NCBI GenBank assembly: GCA_965202665.1
Contig: OZ241841.1
Span: 1,728,001 to 1,792,000, forward strand
DNA from: Candidatus Spongiisociaceae bacterium
Lineage (GTDB): Bacteria > Actinomycetota > Acidimicrobiia > Spongiisociales > Spongiisociaceae
Reading direction: 5' to 3'
Length of the DNA: 64,000 nt
Shown here: positions 19,967 to 30,030 of the stretch, one piece after another
Layout: every line of letters starts with the position of its first letter
Position numbering within the stretch: position 1 is the stretch's first letter
Translations under genes and position numbers: made by a program
Notes under the pieces: generated by a model
What the model was told of the DNA's origin: nothing
The model's database searches: none
What the model saw: the letters and a program-made list of their open reading frames with translations, nothing else

Positions 19967-21712
19967 ATGTCCGACGCGCCCGCTTTTTCCGTTGAAAAGA
20001 TGCCCGGTTGGGAGGTAACCGTGCAACGGGACGTCCCGGCGGCGATGCGGGACGGAACCACCCTGCGGGCCGATGTCTACCGCCCGGCGGCCGACTCCGA
20101 CCTGCCGGTGCTGCTGATGCGCACCATCTACGACAAACGTTCCGGCATTCCGGTGTTCGGCAGCGCCCATCCGGCCTGGTTCGCCGCCCGCGGATACGTG
20201 GTGGTGGTGCAGGACTGCCGGGGCCGCTTTTCTTCGGAAGGCAAGTTTTACCCTTATCAGCACGAGATTGAGGACGGATACGATTCGGTGGAGTGGGCGG
20301 CCCGGTTGCCCGGTTCGGACGGCAAAGTGGGGATGATGGGGTTTTCCTACGTGGGGGCCACCCAACTGCTGGCCGCCATCGCCCGCCCCCCGTCCCTGGC
20401 TTCCATCACCCCCGCTTTCACCGCCTCCCAGTATTACGACGGCTGGACCTACAACGGGGGCGCCCTTTCTTTGGCGTTCATCGGCTACTGGGCGACTTTG
20501 CTGGCTTTGGAGGAGGCCCGGCGGGCGGGCGATTTGGAGGGCCGCCTGCAGTTGGAGGCCGCTTTGGGCGGGGCTCCGGTCTGGTTCTGGTCGTTGCCGG
20601 TGGCCGGATATCCGCCTTTGCAGAGCCCCCACGCCGGTTTCTTCAAAGACTGGGTGGAGCATTGCGCTTACGACGACTACTGGCGGCGGTGGAGCATCGA
20701 CGAGGATTACAGCCGGGTGGAGGTTCCCGCCCTGCATCTCGGCGGCTGGTACGACGTGTTCCTGTCGGGGACGGTGCGCAATTTCACCGGCGTGTCGCAG
20801 TCGGGGGGCGGCTCGGCCCGCGGCCGGCAGAAACTGCTGGTGGGCCCGTGGGCCCATATGCCGTGGACGCCGGTGGGCCGCTTCGGCTCGGGGGACGGCC
20901 CGTCCACCCGGGAGATAGACGACTGGCTGATCCGCTGGTTCGACGCCACTTTGAAAGGGGCCGACAACGGGGTGTTGGACAGCCCGGTCACCTTGTTCAC
21001 TTTGGACGGGGGGCGGCGGGACTTCGACGCTTGGCCTCCGCCGGGGACGGTGATGGAAGACTGGTTCATCCATTCCGGCGGGCAGGCCAACTCCAAGTTC
21101 GGGGACGGAACTTTGGACCGCACCGCCCCCGGCGACGAACCGCCCGACTTGTACGTGCACGATCCGGGGGTGCCGGTTCCGTCGCAGGGGGGCCATTCCT
21201 GCTGTTTCGACCATATCACGCCGATGGGGCCCGCCGACCAGCATGCGGCGGAGGTGGGGCGGACGGTGCTGGTCTACACTTCCGAACCGCTGGAGGAGGA
21301 CGTGGAACTGGCGGGGGAGGCCCATGTCACTTTGTTTGCGGCCACCACCGCGGCGGACACCGATTTCACCGCCCGTCTGTGCGTGGTGGATGCGGCGGGG
21401 CGGTCGGTGAACCTGCAGGAGGGGATTCTGCGGGCCCGCTACCGGGAGTCGCTGTCTTCGCCTTCTTTGCTGACTCCGGGGGAGGTCTATGAGTTGCGAA
21501 TTGAGTTGGGGCCGCTGGGGGCGCGGGTGGAGGCCGGTTCCCGCCTGCGGTTGAACATCGCCTCCTCCGATTTCCCGCAGTGGGATCGCAATCTGAACAC
21601 GGGGGCCGTTCCGCTGACGGACGGGACGTTCGACGCCGTTCCGGCCACGCAGACGGTGTTGCACAACCGCTCCTATCCGACGCGGGTGACTTTGCCGGTG
21701 CTGCGCTCTTGA
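19967..21712 (+). CDS. CocE/NonD family hydrolase
   Basis: MRDGTTLRADVYRP, QDCRGRFSSEG, GFSYVG, SSDFPQWDRNLNTG; AAGGAGG RBS. Confidence 0.92.
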   Translation: MSDAPAFSVEKMPGWEVTVQRDVPAAMRDGTTLRADVYRPAADSDLPVLLMRTIYDKRSGIPVFGSAHPAWFAARGYVVVVQDCRGRFSSEGKFYPYQHEIEDGYDSVEWAARLPGSDGKVGMMGFSYVGATQLLAAIARPPSLASITPAFTASQYYDGWTYNGGALSLAFIGYWATLLALEEARRAGDLEGRLQLEAALGGAPVWFWSLPVAGYPPLQSPHAGFFKDWVEHCAYDDYWRRWSIDEDYSRVEVPALHLGGWYDVFLSGTVRNFTGVSQSGGGSARGRQKLLVGPWAHMPWTPVGRFGSGDGPSTREIDDWLIRWFDATLKGADNGVLDSPVTLFTLDGGRRDFDAWPPPGTVMEDWFIHSGGQANSKFGDGTLDRTAPGDEPPDLYVHDPGVPVPSQGGHSCCFDHITPMGPADQHAAEVGRTVLVYTSEPLEEDVELAGEAHVTLFAATTAADTDFTARLCVVDAAGRSVNLQEGILRARYRESLSSPSLLTPGEVYELRIELGPLGARVEAGSRLRLNIASSDFPQWDRNLNTGAVPLTDGTFDAVPATQTVLHNRSYPTRVTLPVLRS

Positions 21713-21740
21713 ACGGGGGCTCCGTTGCGGAGGGGGGCGG

Positions 21741-23153
21741 ATGATTCCGGTTTTGACCGCCGGGCAGTCCCGCAGCCAAGATTCCGCGACGGCGGCGCCC
21801 CCGGAGATGTTGGTGGAACGGGCCGGGCGGGCGGCGGCTTTGGCGGCGGTGCGGCTGGGGGCCGGTTACGGGACGCGGACCGCGGTTCTGGCCGGGCCGG
21901 GCAACAACGGGGCGGACGGATACGTCGCGGCCGGGGTTTTGGCCCGCCGGGGGCTGTGGGTGGATGTTTACCCGTTTTTGGAACCGCGGAGCGCGGCGGC
22001 GGCACAGGCCGGGGAGCGGGCGGCGGCCGCCGGGGCGAAGTTTCGCCCCTGGGGGGTTTTCCGCCCCGCCGATACGGTGGTGGACGCCCTGTTCGGGGGC
22101 GGTTTCCGGGGGGAGGCGCCCGACCTGTCTTTCTGGCGGGCGGGGGGAGGGCGGCGGTTGGCGGTGGACGCCCCGTCCGGTTTGGATGTTTCCACCGGTT
22201 GCGCGGCGCCGGGGACTTTGCCCGCCGATGCGACCGTCACGTTCGGCGGCCTGCGGGTGGGGCATCTGATCGGGGACGGCCCCGGCCTGTGCGGGGAGGT
22301 TGCGGTGGCCGACATCGGGTTGGCGGAGGCGGAGCCGGAGTTTTGGCTGTGCGAGGAGGGGGACGCGCCTTTGCCGGCGCGGGAGCGGACGGCCCACAAG
22401 TGGTCGGCCGGTTCGGTGCTGGTGGTGGGCGGTTCGCGGGGTTTGGACGGGGCGGCCACTTTGACCGCTAGGGCCGCGTTGCGGGCCGGGGCGGGGGCGG
22501 TGATGATCGCCTGCCCGCCCGCGGTGGAGGAGAAGGTGCGGGCCCCGGAGATTATGACCCGGGCGGTGGGGCCGGGCCCTTTCCTGGGGGAGGGGTGCCT
22601 GCCGGAGGTTCTGGAGTTAGCGTCCCGGTTCGACGTGCTGGCCCTGGGTCCCGGCTTGGGTTTGGATCCGTCGGCGGCCGGTTTCGCGGCCGGGCTGCTA
22701 AAGGAATGGGAGGGCCCGTTGCTGGTGGACGCCGACGGTTTGAACGTTTTGGACGGTCCGGCTTCGCTGCGGCGGACGGCCCCGACCGTCATCACCCCCC
22801 ACGCCGGGGAGTTTCTAAGGCTGACCGGGACGGAGGCTGATTACCGGGCGGCGGCCGCTTTGGCGGAGAGCGCCGGGGCGGTGGTCCTGCTGAAAGGGTC
22901 CCCCACTTTCGTGATGGGGGAGGGCCGGTGGGCGGTGGCGGAAGGCGGCCCCGAGTTGGCCACTATCGGATCCGGCGACATCCTGGCCGGAATGATCGCC
23001 GCTTTCTGGGCGGCTGGCCAAGACGCCGAAACCGCCGCCCGCTCCGCCGCCTTCTGGCACGCCCGTTCCGCCGCCGTTTTAGTCCAAACCCAAACCCCCA
23101 CCGCCGACTCCCTGGTGAACCACCTACCCAAAGCTACCCGCCGCCCCACCTAG
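21741..23153 (+). CDS. nnr: Bifunctional NAD(P)H-hydrate epimerase/dehydratase
   Basis: GPGNNGADG, VDALFG, AVDAPSG, GPGLG, VDADG, TPHAGE, GSGDILAG. Confidence 0.9.
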   Translation: MIPVLTAGQSRSQDSATAAPPEMLVERAGRAAALAAVRLGAGYGTRTAVLAGPGNNGADGYVAAGVLARRGLWVDVYPFLEPRSAAAAQAGERAAAAGAKFRPWGVFRPADTVVDALFGGGFRGEAPDLSFWRAGGGRRLAVDAPSGLDVSTGCAAPGTLPADATVTFGGLRVGHLIGDGPGLCGEVAVADIGLAEAEPEFWLCEEGDAPLPARERTAHKWSAGSVLVVGGSRGLDGAATLTARAALRAGAGAVMIACPPAVEEKVRAPEIMTRAVGPGPFLGEGCLPEVLELASRFDVLALGPGLGLDPSAAGFAAGLLKEWEGPLLVDADGLNVLDGPASLRRTAPTVITPHAGEFLRLTGTEADYRAAAALAESAGAVVLLKGSPTFVMGEGRWAVAEGGPELATIGSGDILAGMIAAFWAAGQDAETAARSAAFWHARSAAVLVQTQTPTADSLVNHLPKATRRPT

Positions 23154-23154
23154 G

Positions 23155-23205
23155 CGCACTCGGCCGGGAGGGGGTCTCCGGGATGCATGGCAACGCAAGG
23201 TCGTC
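23155..23205 (+). mobile_element. IS481 5' remnant
   Basis: cgggagggggtctccgggatgcatggcaacgcaaggtcgtc matches the RBS/start region (MHGNARSS) of the intact IS481 at ~43997-44040. Confidence 0.65.
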
Positions 23206-23248
23206 AGCGGGGGGTTCGGTTTCTTCTCCGCCGAGTGTTCCGAGCAGG

Positions 23249-23677
23249 CTATCGGCGGGTAATCCGGGTTCCGGCGGAGCGGCGGCGTTCCCGCCCCGGA
23301 GGGTTCGGGTTTTCACCGGCCGGTTCCCCCGGTTGTCGGTTGTAGTAGATAGCGCGGAGGGCGTATCCCCCGCCGGGGCGTATCAGGTCGGCGAGCCCTC
23401 CGGCGCGGATGGCGTCCGTCAGCCGTTCGGCGATAGGCGGCGGGAAACTATCCCAGGGTTCCGAACCCTCCGGTTCGGCGACTAGCAGATAGTGGTCGGT
23501 TCCCCCGCAGTCCGCCGGCAGGCGGGTAACCATTACCGCCGAGCGGTCGGAGTCGCCGGGTAGCCTTCCCGCGGACGCAACCCAGGTCCCCGCCCGCAGG
23601 GGCGGAGGGGCGGGTAGTTCCGCGGTGTCCACCGGACGAGGCTCGGCTGGTTCCGCCGGTCGCAGTTCGGTCGACAT
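23249..23677 (-). CDS. Hypothetical protein (island, possibly 3'-truncated)
   Basis: ATG with purine-rich RBS; atypical CG-rich, CA/TG-poor composition; no recognised family. Confidence 0.45.
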   Translation of the reverse strand: MSTELRPAEPAEPRPVDTAELPAPPPLRAGTWVASAGRLPGDSDRSAVMVTRLPADCGGTDHYLLVAEPEGSEPWDSFPPPIAERLTDAIRAGGLADLIRPGGGYALRAIYYNRQPGEPAGENPNPPGRERRRSAGTRITRR

Positions 23678-23753
23678 AAACCGTCCCTTCGTTTCTATCC
23701 GTCCCGGGGGTATTCCCGCCGGGGGTTCGTCCTCCGTTATCAGGTTACGCGAG

Positions 23754-24014
23754 TTAGTCCTCCTCCGGGCGTAACGCCGCTAACCACGCCGCCTGCCATT
23801 CCGTCCAACTCCGTCGTTCGTCCGCCGTTATCGTCCGGAGGTTATACGCCGAATGTACGAGTATCTGAGCCCACTCCGCCCGGAATATTCGTTCCGCTGT
23901 CCGAGCGTCCGTCCTTTCCCGGAGTTTGGTCAAGAACCATCGCTCCAACGCCGCCACATAATCGGCATCAGTCCGCGCCGCCGCCGCGGCGGACGGGTCG
24001 TGGCGGTTCGTCAT
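23754..24014 (-). CDS. Hypothetical protein (island)
   Basis: GGAGG RBS; protein-like helical sequence; same atypical composition. Confidence 0.55.
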   Translation of the reverse strand: MTNRHDPSAAAAARTDADYVAALERWFLTKLRERTDARTAERIFRAEWAQILVHSAYNLRTITADERRSWTEWQAAWLAALRPEED

Positions 24015-24070
24015 CCGCTACCCCCTCCGTCTGAACGGGTTGGCCTACTAACCAGGAACGAGCAGGCAGT

Positions 24071-24197
24071 GGCGGAACAGACCCTGCCGTGAAACATATG
24101 CCACAAGCAAAAAGGGGCCTCTGACCTGCGATTACGCCCAAATACAGCACCGCAAAGGCCTAACGGATTGGACAACCCAGATCAGCCTGTGTATAAT
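24071..24197 (+). repeat. 127-bp promoter module, copy 1 (TGGACA-17-TATAAT at 24169-24197)
   Basis: Colinear with 58097-58223 (minus); 23-bp identical core GAACAGACCCTGCCGTGAAACAT; shared TGACCTGCG. Confidence 0.8.
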
Positions 24198-24246
24198 TTG
24201 GACTGCGACCGAACGGATACGGATTAGGGAAAGGCAGACACAGACA

Positions 24247-24723
24247 ATGATGGCAATGATGGGCAGAACGGTTTCCTGCTTGTTGTCCAGTGTTATGTTC
24301 TGGACTGCTCTGTCTGTTCCTGGTGGACAGGACGCTGATGATCTGCCTGCCTGCGGACACCCAGAATGTTATCCAACATTTTGTCAGGTGTTTAACGATC
24401 CTGATAATGTCCATGATAAGTTAAAAATGTTGTCTAATGAACATAAAATACAGATTATCAGTTTCCTGATAAGTGTCCGTAAATATAGGGATAAACTAAA
24501 ACGCTATCCAATACAAAACTTGGAAAATATTCTGTATGAAATATTACGACAGTCAGTTGACGCAAATAGCATATCTGCTTATATCAGACAACAGAATATT
24601 GGAAATGACAAAGTAACAAAAATACTGTGGTATACTATAGACTTACCAGGTGTCAGGTTGTCTATAATAGATAACCCAACGGCTGAACAACTGATAATAT
24701 TAGATATAGATTTGGATAATTAA
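24247..24723 (+). CDS. Hypothetical protein; CAG/CTG-rich 5' part, AT-rich 3' part
   Basis: First ORF after the promoter module; composition switch near 24410. Confidence 0.5.
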   Translation: MMAMMGRTVSCLLSSVMFWTALSVPGGQDADDLPACGHPECYPTFCQVFNDPDNVHDKLKMLSNEHKIQIISFLISVRKYRDKLKRYPIQNLENILYEILRQSVDANSISAYIRQQNIGNDKVTKILWYTIDLPGVRLSIIDNPTAEQLIILDIDLDN

Positions 24724-24748
24724 AACAACAGAGCAGAGGAGGAAAACA

Positions 24749-24982
24749 ATGGAAGATAATCCGTCTGCCGCTAGCACTATGGCAGATAACATCTATCAGG
24801 CCATCCAGGAACAGGTCAGTCAGGCTCTGGATGATGTCCTGGATAGGGTTATCCGGGATGCGGGCACTGATGTGGAAATCAGGGCCGCCCGTCCTGCTGA
24901 TGAATGTCCTGCCTGCCACAGGACATTAGACCCGGAAACCAGCAGGTCTGTTCTGACCAGTCAGGCTGATAACGCTGCCTGA
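24749..24982 (+). CDS. Small hypothetical protein with CxxC
   Basis: GGAGG RBS; LDDVLDRVIRDAGTD resembles LDKVMRQVIQKAGLTD of 57734-58066. Confidence 0.6.
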   Translation: MEDNPSAASTMADNIYQAIQEQVSQALDDVLDRVIRDAGTDVEIRAARPADECPACHRTLDPETSRSVLTSQADNAA

Positions 24983-25405
24983 CATTCCAGAGCCTGGTCT
25001 ATCCAAGCCTGATATGCAGAAATGCTGACCTGTGGTCAAGAGCCTGCTGAAATCCAATCGGACAGGCACAGGCCTGCGGGCAGTGTTTCCAGGATAGCCT
25101 GGTGCCTGTCCAGGTCTGACCATTCCCGAGCTGCCGTCGCAGGTCTGCCAGAGCCTGTTTCCTGCTGTTTTTGGGGTGGGGTCCTCCATTATGGTTTTGG
25201 TGGGGTTGGATAGGGTTGAGGTGGTAGGGGCGGAGGAGACGGGCCGGGCGGTTGACGGGGGCGGGGGCGGGCGGCGGCGTTGTGGGGGATGGGGGCTTTG
25301 GTGGGACTATAATGGGCGTTAAGGCGCCGGATTTGGCGACGGCGGTGTTATTCTGCCGTTTCAACCCTCGGGGTGACGGGGGCGGGCCGCAAGTACGGAG
25401 GAAGC

Positions 25406-27823
25406 ATGCGGGACCAGGCACAAGTTGTCATCGTCGGCGGCGGGGCCATGGGGGTGGGGTTGCTCTACTTTTTGGCCCACGAAGGGTGGACGGATGTCCT
25501 GCTGGTGGAAAAAGACGAGCTGACCTCCGGTTCCACTTGGCACGCGGCGGGCCTCACCCCGCATTTCATCGGAGACCTCAACTATTCCAAGGTGCACCGC
25601 GACACCATCGACCTGTACAAGGTGATCGAAGAGGAAACCGGCCTGCATTCCGGATGGCACGGTTGCGGGGCGGTGCGTTTGGCCCGCACCCGGGACGAGT
25701 CGGACTGGTTTCACTACGTCAAAGGCATTTTGGACTACAACGGGGTGGAATGCCATCTGCTGAGCCCCCGGGAAGTCACCGAGGTGGCCCCCCTGCTGGA
25801 TGTGGAACCCGATGTGACCCTCGGTTTCTGGACTCCGGGCGACGGCTGGACCGACCCGTCGGCCGCCGCCAACGCCATGGCCGCCGGGGCCCGCAATTTG
25901 GGGGCGGAGATCAGCCGCCGCAACCGGGTGACCGACATGAACCAGCTGCCCGACGGAACCTGGGAGGTGATCACCGAAAAAGGCCGGGTGACGGCCGAAC
26001 ATGTGGTGAACGCCGCCGGATCCTACACCCCGCAACTGGGGGCGATGGTCGGTTTGGAGGTCCCCATGGAGTCGGTCATCCACCAATACCTGGTCACGGA
26101 ACGGATTGCGGAGGTGGCCGCCTTGGACAAGGAGCATCCGGTGGTGCGCGACCCCCGCTCCTCCTGTTATTACCGGCAGGAGCACGACGGGCTGATCATC
26201 GGCCCCTATGAACGGGAGGGGGCCAAAGAATACGGAACGGAGGGCATCGACTGGGATCTGACTTTCCATCTCACCCCGGTGGAGTTGGAGCGCCTGTTGC
26301 CCTGGCTGGAGTTGGCCGCCGCGCGCCTGCCCTGTTTCGCCGGGGCGGGGGTCAAACAGGTGGTGTCCGGCCCGATCACCCACACCCCGGACGCCGGCTT
26401 CCTGCTGGGCCCCGCCCCCGGGTTGCGCAACTACTGGTACTGCGCGGGGGCTTCCATCGGCATAACCCAGGGGCCGGGGGCGGGCAAATACCTGGCGCAG
26501 TGGATGGTGCACGGCCAGACCGAAATCAACGTGGGGGGAATGGATCCCCGCCGTTTCGGCCCCTACGCCCCGGGCCGCTACACCCACGAACGTTCCATCG
26601 ACGAGTTCCACGAGATGTACCAGGTGCGGATGCCCAACGAGTACCGCCCGGCCGGGCGGCCCATGAAAACCACCCCCCTCTACGACGTCTTAGATAGCAA
26701 AGGGGCGCAGTGGCAGGAGGTGTGGGGATGGGAGCGGGCCATGTATTTCGCCCCCGAACCGGAGCAGTATTCTTTCCGCCGTTCCTCCGCCCATGATTTT
26801 ACGGGCCGGGAGATCCGGGCCGTCCGCCGCAACGTAGGGGTGGCCGACCTGACCGCCTTCTCCAAGTTTGAAGTCACCGGTCCGGATGCGGCCGCCCTGC
26901 TGGACCGCTTGGCGGCCAACCGGCTCCCGGCCCGGGACGGCGGAATGCGCCTGGTGCATATGCTGACCGACTTGGGCGGCATAGAAGCCGAAATGACCAT
27001 CACCCGCTTGGGCGAGCAAAGGTTTTACCTCAATTCGGGCATCACCGGCCAGTGGCACGACTTCGACTGGCTGGTTTCCCACATCCGCCCCGGCGAGCAA
27101 GCCCAAGTCACGGACGTGACCGACCGGCGGGGGATTTTGGCGGTCACCGGCCCCCGTTCCCGCGTTCTTCTCCAAAAGCTCACCGCCGCCGACCTGTCCA
27201 ACGAGGTCTTCCCGTGGCTGACCGGCCGGGAGATGGAGGTGGCGGGCGCCCCCTGCCTGGGGTTGCGGGTTTCCTATGTGGGGGAGTTGGGATGGGAGCT
27301 GCACCTTCCCCTGGAGAACCTGGCCGACGTGTATCAGGCGGTGCAGGAGGCGGGCGCCCCGCTGGGTCTGGTCGATTTCGGGAGCCGGGCGATGAACATC
27401 ATGCGCTTGGAGAAGGGATATAAGGCTTTCGGGGCCGAGCTGACCACCGAAATCACCCCGGTGGAGGCCCGGCTGGGGCGGTTCGTGGATTACGACAAGG
27501 ATTTTCTGGGCAAACAGGCGACCGTCGCCCGCCGCGACCAAGCCGAGCCGTTGGACATGGTGCTGGTGTACGCCGAATTGGACGCATCCGACGCCGACTG
27601 CCTGGGCAATGAACCGGCCTACGACGGGGAGAGGATCATGGGCGTCACCACCAGCGGGGCCTGGGCCCATTCGGTGGACCGCAGCATCCTGTTCGCCTAC
27701 GTCGATCCCCGATTCGAATCCCCCGGTTCCGCTTTTCAGGTGGGGGTGATGGGCGAACGGAGGGAGGCGGCCGTGTTGGCCGAACCGGTCTGGGATCCGC
27801 AAAACCTGCGGATCAGGGGCTGA
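25406..27823 (+). CDS. GcvT-family FAD-dependent oxidoreductase (dimethylglycine dehydrogenase-like)
   Basis: VVIVGGGAMG, LTSGSTWHAAG, GWER, SYVGELGWEL, RLEKGY; GGAGG RBS. Confidence 0.92.
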   Translation: MRDQAQVVIVGGGAMGVGLLYFLAHEGWTDVLLVEKDELTSGSTWHAAGLTPHFIGDLNYSKVHRDTIDLYKVIEEETGLHSGWHGCGAVRLARTRDESDWFHYVKGILDYNGVECHLLSPREVTEVAPLLDVEPDVTLGFWTPGDGWTDPSAAANAMAAGARNLGAEISRRNRVTDMNQLPDGTWEVITEKGRVTAEHVVNAAGSYTPQLGAMVGLEVPMESVIHQYLVTERIAEVAALDKEHPVVRDPRSSCYYRQEHDGLIIGPYEREGAKEYGTEGIDWDLTFHLTPVELERLLPWLELAAARLPCFAGAGVKQVVSGPITHTPDAGFLLGPAPGLRNYWYCAGASIGITQGPGAGKYLAQWMVHGQTEINVGGMDPRRFGPYAPGRYTHERSIDEFHEMYQVRMPNEYRPAGRPMKTTPLYDVLDSKGAQWQEVWGWERAMYFAPEPEQYSFRRSSAHDFTGREIRAVRRNVGVADLTAFSKFEVTGPDAAALLDRLAANRLPARDGGMRLVHMLTDLGGIEAEMTITRLGEQRFYLNSGITGQWHDFDWLVSHIRPGEQAQVTDVTDRRGILAVTGPRSRVLLQKLTAADLSNEVFPWLTGREMEVAGAPCLGLRVSYVGELGWELHLPLENLADVYQAVQEAGAPLGLVDFGSRAMNIMRLEKGYKAFGAELTTEITPVEARLGRFVDYDKDFLGKQATVARRDQAEPLDMVLVYAELDASDADCLGNEPAYDGERIMGVTTSGAWAHSVDRSILFAYVDPRFESPGSAFQVGVMGERREAAVLAEPVWDPQNLRIRG

Positions 27824-27824
27824 G

Positions 27825-29387
27825 ATGGCCGACCGCCGCCGCGCCGGGGGAAGGGCCGCCCGGATGGCCGCCCGGGCCGCCCCGCTGGCCGAAGAGGAAC
27901 GCCCGGTTCGGCCCGGTTTGCCGGGCGGGGCTTTCAAGCCGCTGTCCGAATCCGACTGCCAACAGGTTTACGAGACGGCCCTGGTCCTGCTGGAGGAGGT
28001 GGGGGTGGCGGACCCGGTCCCCGAATTCATGGAAGCGGTCACCGGGGCGGGCGGATGGATGGACGAAGGGGGGCGGCTCCGCTACCCGCGGGGGGTGGTG
28101 GAAAAGGTCATCACCGAAACAGCCGCCCGGAGCTGGGTGTGGCACGGCTTGGACGAAGACCGCAGCATAGAGGTTGGCGGCGACAAGGTCCATTTCGGCA
28201 CTTCGGGGGCGGCCGTTTTGATGCTGGATTACGAAAACCGCTCTTTCCGCCCCACCACCACCGCCGATTTGTACGACGCCGCCCGATTGGTGGACGTTTT
28301 GGAGCACATCCATTTTTTCGTCCGCACCGTGGTGACCAGGGATCTGGAAACCCCCCGGGAGGTGGATCTGAACACGGCCTACGCGGTGATGATGGGCACT
28401 TCCAAACCGCAGGGCGTCTCTTTTTTCAAACCGGAGAACGTCTACGAGGCGGTGGCGATGTACGACCACGTTTTAGGAGGGGAGGGGGAGTTTCGCCGCC
28501 GCCCGTTCGTCGCCGCCAACAACACCTTCGTGGTGCCGCCGTTGCGTTTCGCTTACGAGTCCACCGAATGCATGGTGGCCCAGATCGACGCCGGGATGCC
28601 CGTCAAACTGCTTTCCGCCGGGCAGGCGGGGGCCACTTCCCCGGCGGCCTTGGCCGGTTCGCTGGCGCAGGCCTTGGCCGAATGCCTGGCCGGCCTGACC
28701 AGCGTCAACCTGCTTTCCCCCGGTCATCCCTGCTCGTTGGACATGTGGCCGTTCGTGTCCGATCTGCGCACCGGGGCGATGAGCGGCGGGTCGGGGGAGG
28801 AGGCGGTGATGACCGCCGCCGCCGCCCAAATGGTGAACTGGCTGGATCTGCCGTCCGGGGTGGCGGCGGGGATGGCCGACTCCAAACTTCCCGACGGCCA
28901 GGCCGGATACGAGAAGGGGATCACCACCGTCCTGGCCGGGCAGGCGGGGGCCAATTTGATCAACGAGTCGGCGGGGATGCTGGGTTCCCTGCTGGTGTTT
29001 TCCCTGGAGTCGCTGGCGGTGGACAACGACATGCTGGGGGCGGCCAACCGCACCATCCGCGGCGTGGAAGTCAACCCGGATTCCCTGTCTTTGGAAACCA
29101 TCAAAGAGGCCATCTTCGGCCCCGGCCATTTCCTGGGTTCCGAGCAGACCCTGCGCCTGATGCAACGCGACTACGTGTACCCGCAGGTGGGGGATCGCAA
29201 CAGCCCCGACGATTGGCGGGATCAGGGGGCGACCAACGTGGCGGAACGGGCGGGGGAGTACGTGCGCAAAGTGATGCGCACCCATTTCCCCGCCCACATC
29301 AGCCGGGAGCAGGACGCTTGGATTAGGGAGCGGATGCCCATCGCCCTGCCCGCGGACGAGGTGGTCGGCCTCGGAACCCGCTGGTAA
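27825..29387 (+). CDS. Trimethylamine methyltransferase (MttB) superfamily protein, non-pyrrolysine
   Basis: GQAGATSPAALAG, DLRTGAMSGGSGE, DSKLPDGQAGYE, GPGHFLG; no in-frame TAG. Confidence 0.92.
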   Translation: MADRRRAGGRAARMAARAAPLAEEERPVRPGLPGGAFKPLSESDCQQVYETALVLLEEVGVADPVPEFMEAVTGAGGWMDEGGRLRYPRGVVEKVITETAARSWVWHGLDEDRSIEVGGDKVHFGTSGAAVLMLDYENRSFRPTTTADLYDAARLVDVLEHIHFFVRTVVTRDLETPREVDLNTAYAVMMGTSKPQGVSFFKPENVYEAVAMYDHVLGGEGEFRRRPFVAANNTFVVPPLRFAYESTECMVAQIDAGMPVKLLSAGQAGATSPAALAGSLAQALAECLAGLTSVNLLSPGHPCSLDMWPFVSDLRTGAMSGGSGEEAVMTAAAAQMVNWLDLPSGVAAGMADSKLPDGQAGYEKGITTVLAGQAGANLINESAGMLGSLLVFSLESLAVDNDMLGAANRTIRGVEVNPDSLSLETIKEAIFGPGHFLGSEQTLRLMQRDYVYPQVGDRNSPDDWRDQGATNVAERAGEYVRKVMRTHFPAHISREQDAWIRERMPIALPADEVVGLGTRW

Positions 29388-29554
29388 GCCGAACAGAACA
29401 TAAGGTAAGGGGGGTGTTGGGGTGGGGCTAGGGGCGATCGTACCGGGGGTGGGGGTGTTCAGCGTTTTAGGTAGGCGGTACCGGCGGCTGAACGGCGTCA
29501 CTGAGCGCGTGCCCACCGGCTATAGCATGATGTATGCTAAAAAGCGGAGGGCTG

Positions 29555-29770
29555 ATGATGGATAACCAAACCAGCAGGGCGGTGTTGCCGGTGGAGGCGG
29601 ACGCGGGCGGGTGGCATCTGCAGGTGCCGTGGCCGGTGCTCCGCCGGTTGCGGATGAGCGGCCCGCCCGGTTTGCTCGTCGCTGTGGAAGACCGCTACCC
29701 GGATCGGGCGGCGGCGGAGACGGCGGCGGGACGGATAAACGAATGGAACACCGCAAGAAGGAGCGGATGA
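29555..29770 (+). CDS. Small hypothetical protein (mini-island)
   Basis: GGAGG RBS; TATGCT -10-like element upstream; ATGA-coupled to the next ORF. Confidence 0.5.
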   Translation: MMDNQTSRAVLPVEADAGGWHLQVPWPVLRRLRMSGPPGLLVAVEDRYPDRAAAETAAGRINEWNTARRSG

Positions 29771-30030
29771 TGGCCGACAACGCCGCCGGCGCCGACGCCG
29801 GAGCCGAAGCGCCGAGTTTGGAGCGGACATTACGAACCGCTGCCGAGGCGGGAATACGCGGCGCGCTGGCGGATCTGATCGCCGGAGACGCGTGGGACTC
29901 GGTGCGCTCCGAGTGGGGAGCGGATGACACCGGATCCGATAGCAGGTCAGGGTTGGCGCGGGTGCGTAAAAAGGTGCGGGAGGCGGTGCGGAAAGAACTA
30001 GCCGAGTTCGCCCGGAGAGCGGGTGGATGA
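29767..30030 (+). CDS. Small helical hypothetical protein (mini-island)
   Basis: AAGGAG RBS; ATGA overlap. Confidence 0.55.
   Translation: MMADNAAGADAGAEAPSLERTLRTAAEAGIRGALADLIAGDAWDSVRSEWGADDTGSDSRSGLARVRKKVREAVRKELAEFARRAGG

Noticed and set aside
24089-24097. GTGAAACAT in both promoter modules resembles parS (TGTTTCACGTGAAACA)
   Set aside because: Only one half-site is present; the other half is CCCTGCC, so it is not a palindromic parS.
27825-29387. Pyrrolysine or selenocysteine recoding suggested by MttB and selAB
   Set aside because: The MttB frame has no internal stop; no tRNA-Sec, SECIS or TGA-interrupted gene was recognised in the window.
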